Part shown: piece by piece, positions 25,858-37,174 of the stretch | Position numbering within the stretch: position 1 is the first letter of the stretch | How the letters are laid out: each line of letters starts with the position of its first letter | Assembly: GCA_010909165.1 (NCBI GenBank) | Contig: MU008201.1 | Span: 310,001 to 374,000 of the forward strand | Direction: 5' to 3' | DNA: 64,000 nucleotides | Source of the DNA: Anthoceros angustus | Lineage: Eukaryota; Plantae; Anthocerotophyta | Made by a program: the position numbers and the translations under genes | Notes under the pieces: generated by a model | Told to the model about the DNA's origin: nothing | Seen by the model: the letters and a program-made list of their open reading frames with translations, nothing else | Databases searched by the model: none

Positions 25858-26270
25858 TCGCGCGCGCTTGTGCGCGCTCTCCGGGTTGCTCAAGGTGCCA
25901 GCGCCACAGAGCGCGCACGCGAGCGCGCGCACGGGGTGCGCGCACTTGCGCGGCGCGCGCGCAAGACGGTGCGCATGCGCGCATGCGCGTGCGGTGCGCG
26001 CGTGCAAGCACGTGCGCGCATGCACGCGCGCTGCGCGCATGACGGTGCGCCGCATGCGCGCTGCATGATGGTGCGCGCACAAGCATGCGACGCGCATGCG
26101 CGCCGCATGACCCGCAGGCGCACGCAGCGCAGACTGCGCGCGCGCGCGCACGTGCTGCACTGCGCCGCGCATGCGATGCGCGAGCGCATAGTGCAGCGCG
26201 CACTAGTGCGCGCGCGACTTGTGCGCGCATCAGGCTGCGCACAGCGCTCGTGTGAGTGCGGCGGCGCGAG
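25858..26270. repeat. GCGC/GCAT alternating purine-pyrimidine tract (~400 bp)
   Basis: Directly visible; lies downstream of a candidate AAG|GTATGT donor at ~25757. Confidence 0.9.
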
Positions 26271-26529
26271 ACCGGTGCCCGCCTTTGTGTACCGTTAACA
26301 AAGGATGTTTCGTTGATGCATCCGGTTAATGGAGGCGTGGTTGTCTTTGTAATGAGACATTCGGGACTATGCCGGCGCTTGTCCAAAAGAAATAGTTCGG
26401 GGTTGATGATGATGAAGATGGCCGAACAAGTTTGTGGAAAGCGATCCTCCGAGATAGCGATGGAGAGGCTAGGAAAAGCAGCAACCACACTAAAGCACCG
26501 CCATCACCGCTAATATGGGAAATTCATGA

Positions 26530-29100
26530 CGATTCAATGGAACAAGCAGAGGTACTTGCGCGGTATAGATATTCGGATGATGGCGATAGTGAGAATATGA
26601 AGAGCATGAAACCGCAAATGAAGATGTTGAGGACGAGATGCATCGACAACCGAGTTGAAGCACGACAACAATGAGAGGATATACATAGCGAGGCTCAAAA
26701 CGCTCAAATGTCCCAAGAATCGCCATGCATTGGACGATGCCCAGTTCTACAAAGTTTGGATGGGGTCAAAGAATCGTGAAGGAGCGAGCCGTGTACAACC
26801 AACCTCAAGGAGGTAGACGCGGATGTTCTCCACCGCAAGGACGAAAGGTAAACCAAAAGGTGAAAAGAGGAAGAGAGTAATGACATTGACGAGACACCAG
26901 ACGGCCGCCATCACCAAAGTCACGGACAACGACAGAGTGGAGCGAGCCCAACAAAGATAAGGACCGCTACATCAAATTCGAGTCGTCAAGACAAAAGAGG
27001 TGCATTCCGCAGATACGATATGGTTGCCATCACCAAGTTGAAGCGCAGACTACATTACTCGTGACGCCGATCCAAGAGTGGATGAATCATGGGGAAAACA
27101 TCTTCTCCGGAAATTAAAAGGGACCTGCAAGAGGGAGTACTTCCTCGCTATGTATGATCGATCCAAGGAGTGCAAGCTGGAGGTCTTTGACAAAGACAAG
27201 TTGAAAAGGCAGCAGACACCATGGGAGTATTGGTGGGAACCAGCCGGCGCTTCCAACGCAGACGAAGACCCGGAGAACTCACACTTCCGATATGGAAGCT
27301 CATATATATGCAGCTTAACTGCAGAGATGCGTGTCCGCCACGATCACAATGTCAAGGCAGATTTAAGAGGATGTCTTTCATTGAGCAAGTCCTATATTCA
27401 CGATGAAATGAAAATTGCCGAGGAGGGTATTAGCATTACAATGGATTGAAGTACAATCTATATCGGATGCTAGGCGTCATCGGACGCTCGATCGGGAAGA
27501 AATGCGACTTGTCGACAAGCCGTGCTATGCATTGCTAGTGTCCCGCCTCATGTGTGGACACGGTGGACGAGGTTTTCGATCTTTGGGAGAGGGTGAGCCC
27601 CGAGCAAGGTAACCGAAGAAAGGCAGCAAGAGGGGAAATCAAAACGTGGGACAGACAGCGATGGATCCAAATTTGATTATAAAGCCAATGCATGCGACCA
27701 ATTGGAGAGTTTTCTGGCATGCCTGTGAAGCAGTGAAAAGGATTATGTTCATACTGGAGAAAGTGATTCAAGGCGAGTTGACCGTGAGCGCATGAAAACG
27801 TGGATAACGGCCAAGAAGTTGAATGTCATCCGCATGATTTTGCTCGACCGAGGTGCAATTCATTTGCGTGGTTGAGCGAGAATATCCGAGGCAACACCGT
27901 AAGATATAGCGAAATTTCAACCGTGTTTGATCACACAGTGTACACACGCGTCCGCTCGAGTTAGCAAGTCGCAAACTAGTTTGCGACTCTCATGTTGCAC
28001 CTATGAACGCTCTCCATCCTGCGTATATCAAGCATAAGAGTACAAAGAGAAGATGATACCCGATAGCTTCAAAGAGCACATCAATGCGGCAAGAAATTGG
28101 AAGAGGGTGGAAGATTTGCAGAGAGTGAGGAAGACAACGACGCAAAACTAGACATTTTCCATGTTCAAAAGCAAGCAAAGGTCCGCTACTGTAATAACCG
28201 GTGATATTCGTGAAATGGCTGCCTACTTGGGGAAAAGAGAATACAAGTCGTTGGTCGCCGATTTACCAAGGGGCAATTTATCGGAGACATGGGATAAGGA
28301 GATGACATGTGAGGATTTGGAGAAGATAATGGATGGATTCATGACAATCACCGAATGCAAGACTTTCCGTGATATTCATGCATGGACTGACATGCGATGT
28401 CCAAATGCACCGCGAAAATGGTGTGAAAAGGGGGTTTATACAATGGTCCGGGAGAAAGACAATTGGTTTCTGGACGAGGGACTTTACGAGAATCATGAGT
28501 ACATGATGTGGTATGGTGTTCACCCAATCTGAAGATATGAGGAAGTGCGTGCATTGTCCAATAGTGCAAGATTGGAGCAATGCTCGCTTATTCGATAGCG
28601 CTGAAGAAACTTTTGAATGTGTCCAACGATGGCCATGTTGTTTCTCCTTACCAAAAGCCAATAGGGTTGATGGTCCGCTATATGACCTATTCACGTAAAG
28701 AGGGGAATGGGTTATAGATGGATGCTGGAAGCGGAGTGGAATACTTATGCATTACCGAAGGGAGGAATCAGATGTTGACCAAGACGGAGGAGCACAATAT
28801 TCATCGAACAGTATTACAGGCCATGAAGTGTTTCCATGACGAGGAAGAGTTGACCACCAAACCACACAAACGTGACATCCGGTTTTGCCAAAGAGATGGC
28901 TGAGGGAGATCTGGCCGCAACGCTACACTTGGTTCAAGGAACATGCGCACCCATCGACCTTCAAGACTTGAGTCAATCACAGGGAAGAAGAAGGAGAAAG
29001 ATGGCAAAAGGTCCGAAAAACCCTAAGAACCCGAGGAAAGAAGTGCGAAGACCAAGAAAGCGACCCTACTTGGGACAACCAACATCCGAGACGCTTTTTT
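26530..29100 (+). CDS. Putative ParB-like domain + beta-class (N6-adenine/N4-cytosine) DNA methyltransferase, frameshifted (copy 1)
   Basis: IGGN(Q/H)S at 27229-27243, then HDHN...MSFIEQV. VITGDIREM..LGKREYKSLVADLPRG....WD at 28191-28295. SPYQKPIGLM at 28643-28672. DLFT.EGEWVIDGC.GSG......EGRN at 28684-28768. Gene boundaries are approximate. Confidence 0.7.
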
Positions 29101-32100
29101 TGGCGAATCCCAAGGTGGAGAAACGCCATATCTTCCTCTTGCTATTTACGATCCGCAACGGCTGCAGGAGAACGATGACATCGTCGTCCCGAGGACGGAA
29201 AGACAACATTCGCCAAACTAGCTAGAAACATACACCGTTGTCATGTGGTGGAGACTAACAGCGTCTCTCAGCATAGGGGTTATTCTCCATTAAAGGGGTT
29301 TGGGTCCCTAAAGACCAAAAAATGACCCCCGAAAACGGGCCAAAATGCATCATCTTTAGCAAAACCACGCTTTAGACAGGTACTGAAAGACATTGACCAT
29401 GTTCTTTTCTCGTGAATACTTACGCTACAGGTTGAAGTCAAGAAGGTTCATGGATTTCACCTTCACAAGGAAGGGATTTCAAGGATTTTTAACAGTGCTA
29501 GGAATCCTAAACACCTCTTTCGCAGCGATAGTACTTCCTAGCAGGTGAACAGAGGGCAAACCAAACAAAATTAGTCCAAAGAGCAAACTACGGACGTCGG
29601 CGCAACCAACACGCAAAAGTAGCAAGCGAAGAGAACCGTACGGACGTCCCCGAATTGTGAGAGAACATTAACCGATAGCTCGATCATGGCCATCTCGAGA
29701 GGACCAAACTACGACTCTAAAAGTAGCGCTGGACGTCTGCACGAGTACACAACCGGATCTCCATTGTTAGAGTGAAAACATAAGGAATTGGAACAATGCG
29801 CCGGACGCACATTGGCGGAGTCTACTACGTCCGGCGATTTTCTGAGACCCCAATCTTGTGGGCGTCGCGAGATGGAAATGGGATGCGGACGTCCGGCAGA
29901 CATGTATATATTGTTTTCTAGAATATGCTGGATAGGTGATAGACTCAATGGCATAAGAACCAAAAGGTTAAGCGCCCTGGTCGGATCAGACCGGGGGTGC
30001 TTGATGGTGCTTGCTGTTAAGAATTTGGGTCGATTAGAACTAGGATGGTTTTGCTTTTTTGGCGCTTTGAAAACTTTGTAACAACTCCTTTGTTAAGCAA
30101 CCTAGAGGCATATCAATACTAGGATGGAGTGTTGATTTTTAGTGGTTTGAAAAATTTGTAAATCATCCCTAGATCTAGGCGTAAAGTCATGAATATTATT
30201 TTTGAAAATCATTTGTTGGTTGATGTTATATTCCCACATTCGCTTTGTATACAACATGTAAAACCTTTTGGCCTTACTCTATGTGCCCTTCCGATGACTT
30301 GCTGGATCTCTTTGATTGGTGCGCCAAAATGTCCGCTCATTCGAGTTTGATGCACGATAGATGCATAGGCCTTGGTTTCTAGATGAGCTACATTTTCCAA
30401 AATTCGACATGTATGATGGTGGTTTCTAATGGCCAACCTTTTGAAGACGACAATGTTTCACAATGTTTTGCGAGAAGCAAGAAAATAAATAGAATAGATG
30501 ATTTGTCCTTGAGTAATGAAAGCTTGGATGTAGTCGAACACAAGTATAAGAGAGCATCACCGCCACCGCGAGCCCTAGTGAGAGCCATGAGTATCCGAAG
30601 AAGAGGGTCGTCGCCGTGGGGTTTTGACCAAATGCTGAGTATTTCAGTGAGGCTCAAGGAGGACCTGTCTATACCCACCGTGACGCCCACATGTGGCGCA
30701 CTAGGTGTTCAGAGACTAACTATAGCCAAGCTTCGCCAGAGATTTTGAATTTAAGATCGACTTGCTCCATGTGCCACCCATGGATAGATTAAGGTTGAAA
30801 GCGACGACTTGACAAGAAGAAATGTAAGCTCAAGAGTTTGATCAAGAACGGTTGAGGAGGCCTCACCATCCTTTACCTTGTCCCTCACGGGCCCAATGTC
30901 AGATCTGCGCGGCTTATCTCCGACACGGAGGCCAGTCGATGGTATGCCCGCCGTCTGGATTGCTCAATCACGGGGTTTGAAAAGAGAATTGATGTGAGTG
31001 TTGGTGCGGTGGCAAGTGTGCACAAGCAACTTGAACGAAAGTGCTTGCCTACACAAGTATTGACGCAACCCTCTCCAAACCCGTGTATTGCACCTCTTTG
31101 GAGTATAAGGACGTTCGGTGCACTCCAATTCTTTGGAGCATAAGTGCGCCACCATCCGCCACTTGGTACAAAGGTGTGTCCATTTGTGGTGACGGTGAGC
31201 ACATTAGGTCTTCTTTGGGCTCGATGCATGGGCTGTGGGTTCAAATCACCAAAATGGAAATGAGACATGCATTTTGTATGGTTAGCCAAAATGGGGTTGA
31301 GACAAACCCTGCGCCGAGAAACACCTGATTTAAATGTGAGTGCGCGCATGTTTGTGCACACTGCACTACCAAGGAAAAAGCTGATCGTGAATGTCTCGGA
31401 TCGCTTTCCTCGTAATTCCGGCGTACAATGTGAGATATCGTGTATCGCAACAATAATTGAAATGTTTTGCGGTGACATGTCAGGAGAAATACCAAAAGGT
31501 CGATTCCAAGTGGATTTCCGGCGTGTGCGTAAAGGTCCGGAACGTCCATAAAGGGGTTTGGAGAAACCCCTTTCAAAATGTACTGACAACACTTGCGTAA
31601 CATCGAACAATCATTTGAAAAGTCGCAGGACGGATGGAATCGGAGGCTCTGCAGAGCGAGCGAGACCGAGGCCCCGACTCACGGGCTCCGCCCAACTAAC
31701 CTTAGATCATCTTGTACATGGCCACGCCTAGAGCACACTGCTTGGCCCAATCTCGCAAGTGGCCAAGTTCCAACAATTCAAGCGAGCTTCAAAATTCGCA
31801 ATCGTGGCCCCGCAACATGTAAATGTAAGGTAAAGCGTCGCTTGACCGAGCATGAGGAGTTTCAACACGGATGTGGAGGCACCGACCTATCTCCATGTCC
31901 AGGCGAACACATGCGCTTCAAAATTACAACTAATGTATGTGTGTGAGACTAATGTGTGAGGCAGCACTCCATGAAAATACTCATAAGTGTTTCCACATGT
32001 ATCTATCTCGGTTTCAAAGATCGCCCCATGGAGTAAACTAAGCTAAGTAGCACGAGGTATTCTCTCTTGGAAGGTACTTCATCCGGTTCCTTATGCGGTG

Positions 32101-32794
32101 TAGAAGAAGAAAAGAATTTTATTTATCCTCTGCGGTAGAAGAAGAAAAGAATTTTATTTAAGTCCACGAGCGATGGATTTTCGTCATGGGACTTGGTACT
32201 TCAAAATTGTAGCATGGTGTGCCTAAGCTACTTGCACCAAAGGCATCCACTCCTTTAGGCACCCTATCTAAGTATCGATCTAAGGTCATGATGCTTAATC
32301 ACGGCATTCTTATAAATGCAACAGTAGATCAATATACGATATGAAAATATGTAGTTTTTAAGGATTGACAAACCTAATGTGAAATGGGGTATATCGCCTC
32401 CTATTTTCAAAGGCCTATGTACGAAGAAGAAGAAGTATATTATAATCTACTTGAACGAAATTTTCATGGTTATGGGACTTGGTACTGATAACTTGTACCA
32501 TGGTTATGGGACTTGGTACTGAATAACTTGTATCATGGTATGCCTATGTACCATAAGAAGAAGAAGAAGGAGTACATTATAATCTACTTGAAAGAAATTT
32601 TCATGGTTATGGGACTTGGTACTTAATAACTTGTACCATGGTATGGCTAAGGTGCTTGTACTAAGGGCATCCAATCCTTTAGGCACCCTATCTAAGTAGG
32701 ACTTAGATGGGGTGGCGCAACAATAACAAAGGTGTTCATTTCCTAAGTTGTGTAGCCATGCAAGGCATTGTTATATCCGTCGTGCTTGCTTGTG

Positions 32795-32962
32795 GACAAC
32801 TATTGTGCTCAAGTTTCACATATCCGCAAGACTCACCTACATTTGAACAAATTTTATTGAGGGAAAGAAAGGATGGGAGACAACTATTGTGCTCAAGTTT
32901 CACATATCCGCAAGACTCACCTACATTTGAACAAATTTTATTGAGGGAAAGAAAGGATGGGA
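32795..32962. repeat. 84-bp direct duplication downstream of GLP-B (also at ~58301-58470)
   Basis: GACAACTATTGTGCTC...GGATGGGA occurs at 32795 and 32879; single copy in A units. Confidence 0.9.
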
Positions 32963-33182
32963 GACCTGGAGTGTAGTGTAAGATGACACAAAATACAAAA
33001 TTTATTTTGAAGATATTTTATTTATATGAATAGAAAGAGGATGTGATGTTGATGGAAATAGTCATGGGTCCGTCCATGAAAGTACATAGCGCTAGCGCCC
33101 ACCAAACACCTAGCCTGTTGTGTGCATACAACTAAGTTGAACGCCAAACTGTTCTCAAAAGCGTTCTTTGTGTTGGATTGAA

Positions 33183-33867
33183 TCACTTCTGCGCTTTCTC
33201 AAGAAGACGCACGATCTTGTCGTCGATGCCGAAGGTCTGGGCGAGCACGTCGCTGGAGATGGGCTGAGGAAAGGCAGCGAAGAGCGCCTTGGCCGCCTGC
33301 TGGACCCCAGGTTCTGGCTGCTGAGCGCGGCGATGGCCCAGGCCTTCCCGTGCCCGGTGTTCTTCTGGAAGTGGAGGAGGCCGCGGGGAAGACGAACAGA
33401 TCGCCGGCATTCAGCGTCGTCTGGTACAGCACGTTGGCGTTGGACGACACGAAACCCACCTCCAAAGTCCCTCCACCAGGAACAGCAGCTCGGTGGCGCG
33501 CGGGTGGACGTGCGGCGGGTTCAGCCCCCGGCGGCGAAGTCGATCCTGGCAGCCGAGATCCCCAGCGTGTTCAGCCCCCGGAACTGGACTGCGGACGCCG
33601 GCGTCACCGCCGCCTTGTTGGCGTTGTTGGTGTTCCCGGGGTCGCCAGAACCGGGGACTTGAAGTCCTCCGATACCGTGTCCTTGGCTGCCTTGCACGGG
33701 AAGCCGTTGATGGTGGGCGAGCCGGCCGGAGGCCCACGCAGAAGTCCTGAAGCGGGTCCTCGTCTGCTGCCGACGCGATGGGGAGCGCTGCGGCGTAGAT
33801 CGCGGCCATGGCCAGGATGGCGAAGGCCAGGCGCCTCGTTGCGAGATGGGGTGTCACGTCCCGCCAT
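33183..33867 (-). CDS. Germin-like protein, type B copy 1
   Basis: Same motifs as the other copies. B-diagnostic AAFPQ/DDKIV C-terminus. Frameshifts in homopolymers. Confidence 0.88.
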
Positions 33868-34569
33868 TGCGATGATGAGTCTAGAGGAGAGTGTTGGTGG
33901 TGATGGGCTGCACCAAAGAGAGCTGGGAGGTGGGATTATCTATGCTGCGAGCGCCGGAGGCGGATGTGCGGGTTTGCGGATGTGACAATGTGGAGGTGGT
34001 GAGGAGAGCGATGGAGGATTGTGGGTTTTATACCCCTGGCTTGGGGAGTAGGAATGTGGGGCTGCGCGGCTAGTGGAGACTGACCCGCTTTGCAGACGAA
34101 ATGGAGACCGCGTCGGTCGACCCGGCCATGACCCACTGGGTTGTCCTGTGATTACACGTCTTGCTTACACAACTGACTTGACCGGGCGCGCAGTTCCTAA
34201 ATATCGGGCCATCTGGATAGATTAGTCTTCGGAAGTGCAACGTACTTCTGCACCTTGCCAATCGCGTCTCAGAACTGCATCGGGCATGTTAAACTGATCC
34301 ATACAAACTTACAGAAAACAAAGTATGTGCATGTAGCGTCAAGTCGATGGAAACCCTGAGTCAAAGCACGTTGTCTGATCCGTGGTCTCTTCGATGCACG
34401 GTGTCTAGGAGTCCCAGCAGCACCTGAGCTGCATCTTAGAGACGTTTGGACCTGAATCACCTCAAAGAATATACCAAACACTCTCTGGAAACGATTCCCG
34501 AAGTTCACCATGTACGTACACTCTGTGGCAGCTTCCGGGTACGAAAGTGCCTCAGTCTTTCATAGCACT

Positions 34570-36622
34570 ATAAAGATGAAGGGCTTCCTGACCCATGCCT
34601 TGCTGGGAATGCATGCTATCACGTTACCACATCTTTTGAACAAGTCCGTCAAATAGTTTCTGAGCCATCTTTTGAACAAGTCCGTCAAACAGTTTCTGAG
34701 CATCTTCCAAGCTGCCACACTTTGCATACATGTCTACCAATCTCTTGGCTACAAACACATCAGGTTGATGTCCTTGTTCTCTAATTTGTATATTAAGCTG
34801 TTTCCCCGTCTCCAGAGCCGGGTTGCCGATACTTGCACATTATCAAGCCCTGCAGATCTGTCCCATGCCCTATAAGTACTGGCTTTCAGCCATGAACGTC
34901 TCAGCAGGTGTCCTGACCGTGTCACAGTTTTGATTAGCCCCTCGAGATAGTCCAGATGAGCCCTGGCTCTTGCTCAGCTTCTTGCTGATCTGAGCTACTC
35001 ATCATCGCCACTGACACTGCATTATCTGACAACCCTTTCGCCCTAAAGACCTTCTTAAACCCATTGTCAGACATCTGCTATACCCGATGCTACGACATTT
35101 TGCCTCTCCTGCAGGCATGTGCATGGGTGGGCGACAGTTCTGGAGAAGGGAAAGAGCAGACGGACAGATTGCAGAACGAGGACTTCAGGCGCATGAAGTT
35201 CGACGTTGCAGCCTGCCAAACATGTTTGTCGACTGTGGCAGCTTAGTAGACGCGCAACTTGTGTTTGATGGGCTTGCGCTCGACGGACTTAGTCGAAAAG
35301 TGTGCTGACATGGAATGCCATGATAGGAGGTTATCCACAGGAGGAATGGGGCAAGGAACCCTTTCTCTTCACATGGCAATGCAAGAAGAAGGCTTGGTCG
35401 CACCTAATTCTGTGACGTTTGTGTGCCTCCTGCACTATGCGCGAGTGTGCCAGCTTTGGGTCTCTGGCCAGCAGTTTGGCACACATGTGTGCAAAGTGTG
35501 GCAGCTTGCAAGACACACATTGTTCTATGGTGTCGGTAAGAAAGACGTCATGATGTGGAACGCCATGATTGCAGGGTATTCCCATCAGGGCATGGGGCAG
35601 GAAGCATTTGGCCTCTACAGGCCTGTGCAAATGTGGCAGCTTTGCATTTGGGAAGGCAGCTTCACTTGCAGATAAAGAAACAAAGCCTTCAAACTGATGT
35701 GCTTGCACCTATTAGCCTGCTGATAAACATGTATGCCAAGTCTGGGAGCACGGTTGATGCACAGCAGGTGTTTCAGGCATTGCTTGAAAGATCCGTTATT
35801 GCCTGGAACGCACTGATTGCATGCTATGCCCAGCAGGGAGACAGTGATGTGGATCATCACGTCTTTGGTGGCCAAGCTACCAAAAACCTGTCGTGCATCT
35901 TCCAGTTCACCACATTTTGCGTACACGTCCACTAGGCAGTTGCCTAACACTACATTTCCCAGCAGTCCTCTTTCAACAATTGTGAGTGCAGCTGCCTGCC
36001 CTTCTGTAAGGCACCAGTGCTTGCACAGGCGTTCAGAAGGTAAGCAAAACTAACATATATGGTTAGCCAAAATCAACCCCTCCTGCTTCATTTGTCCTTG
36101 AACAGCAAGGGCCTCATGACCAGGACCTTGCTGGCATACCCAGCAATCAGGGTCGTCCATGTCACCACATTCTTTGTGGCCAAGCTCTCAAAAGCCTGAC
36201 GTCCATCTTGTAGTTCGCACATTTTGCATACATGTCAGGAGGAATGCCAGTGTGCAACACATCGGAGTGCACTCTTGTGTCAGATTCCAAGTCGGCGGCA
36301 AATGCACAAGCTTGAAGGACAGCTACAAAGACGTGACCATACGCCTTCACTCCTGACCTACGCATCTCATGGTACAGTTGTATGGCGTCCTCAGGCTTCC
36401 CATGTTTAGCGTATGCGTAGATTATGGAAAACCACATGAAGGCATCTGGTTTGCCCACCCTGCTGGACACATCCATGGCCTCCTGCAGCCTACCATCACA
36501 TGCACACATACGCAAGATATGGTTCCCGAAGTTGTGTGCATTCGCATCGTGCCCAAGCTTGACAGTGAGATCATGAACTCGTCACCCCATAACCAACAAC
36601 GGGTCCGGTCGCCATACCGTGG
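34570..36622. pseudogene. PPR fragment mosaic: - strand 34570-34860, + strand 35090-35850, - strand 35855-36622
   Basis: PLS motifs on alternating strands (VDMYAKCGSLEDA; VIAWNALIACYAQQG; LGNCLVDVYAKCGELEDARQVF). Confidence 0.85.
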
Positions 36623-36681
36623 CCATCGTTCAGGAACCCCTGTCGGGACACGAGCCTAACAACACACCCACCAGCACAGTA

Positions 36682-37174
36682 TGTGAAGGATGCCAATTGC
36701 CCATTTGAGCTTGGGATATGTAGAGTGCTCGGCTCAGGGTTGTCGCCGGAAGCGGCAGTCATGGTTCGGCCTGAATTCTGTGTGAGCGCCGGTCGAACGA
36801 TGAATCTCAGTTCTGGTCCAGTCTGGTGGGCTTCAGACCCCAGACATCCTCACATTGCTGGATGAAGGCAGCTAACCAGGAGCTTAAAATGAGGAACTTA
36901 GGTTAAGGCTAGAAAACGGAGGATCTTCAATATGAAGCATGGTTGCCAACTAGTATTGCTTTGATATCTAAGACCTTGCTTATTGATCTCATGTTACAGA
37001 GCCTTCACTAACAAGAATGAGTGCGCATCGTGGGCTAGGGAAGACTGCTCTAGGGGGGTGCAGACCCAAAACCCTTGAGTCACCATGCGGGCACGAGCGC
37101 TGGAACCTGAAAATGTGAGCGCAACCAAACCTCCTACATTTCCTATTTTTTAGCCCCTTGTTAGCTGGACATCA
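36682..37174. mobile_element. Candidate solo LTR (~490 bp; also 62205-62702, rearranged at ~10455-10966)
   Basis: TGTGAAGG...GGACATCA flanked by CAGTA / CACTA (4/5 match, possible TSD). Confidence 0.4.

Larger units (their letters stand above)
20291..31585. mobile_element. ~11.3 kb TIR DNA transposon, Sola-like, carrying methyltransferase cargo (copy 1)
   Basis: TTTTGAAAGGGGTTTCTCC (20300-20318) is the exact reverse complement of 31560-31578. Flanked by ACAA at 20286-20289 and 31586-31589. The empty site GAGCGACAACACTTGC occurs at ~11003, ~37210 and ~62738. Confidence 0.9.

Noticed and set aside
22554-26488. Ala/Arg-rich ORFs (RARARA)
   Set aside because: Translations of (GC)n tracts, not proteins.
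30270-30320. Minus-strand QQVIGRAHRV resembling SNF2 helicase motif VI
   Set aside because: No other helicase motifs nearby and the ORF is short; probably chance.
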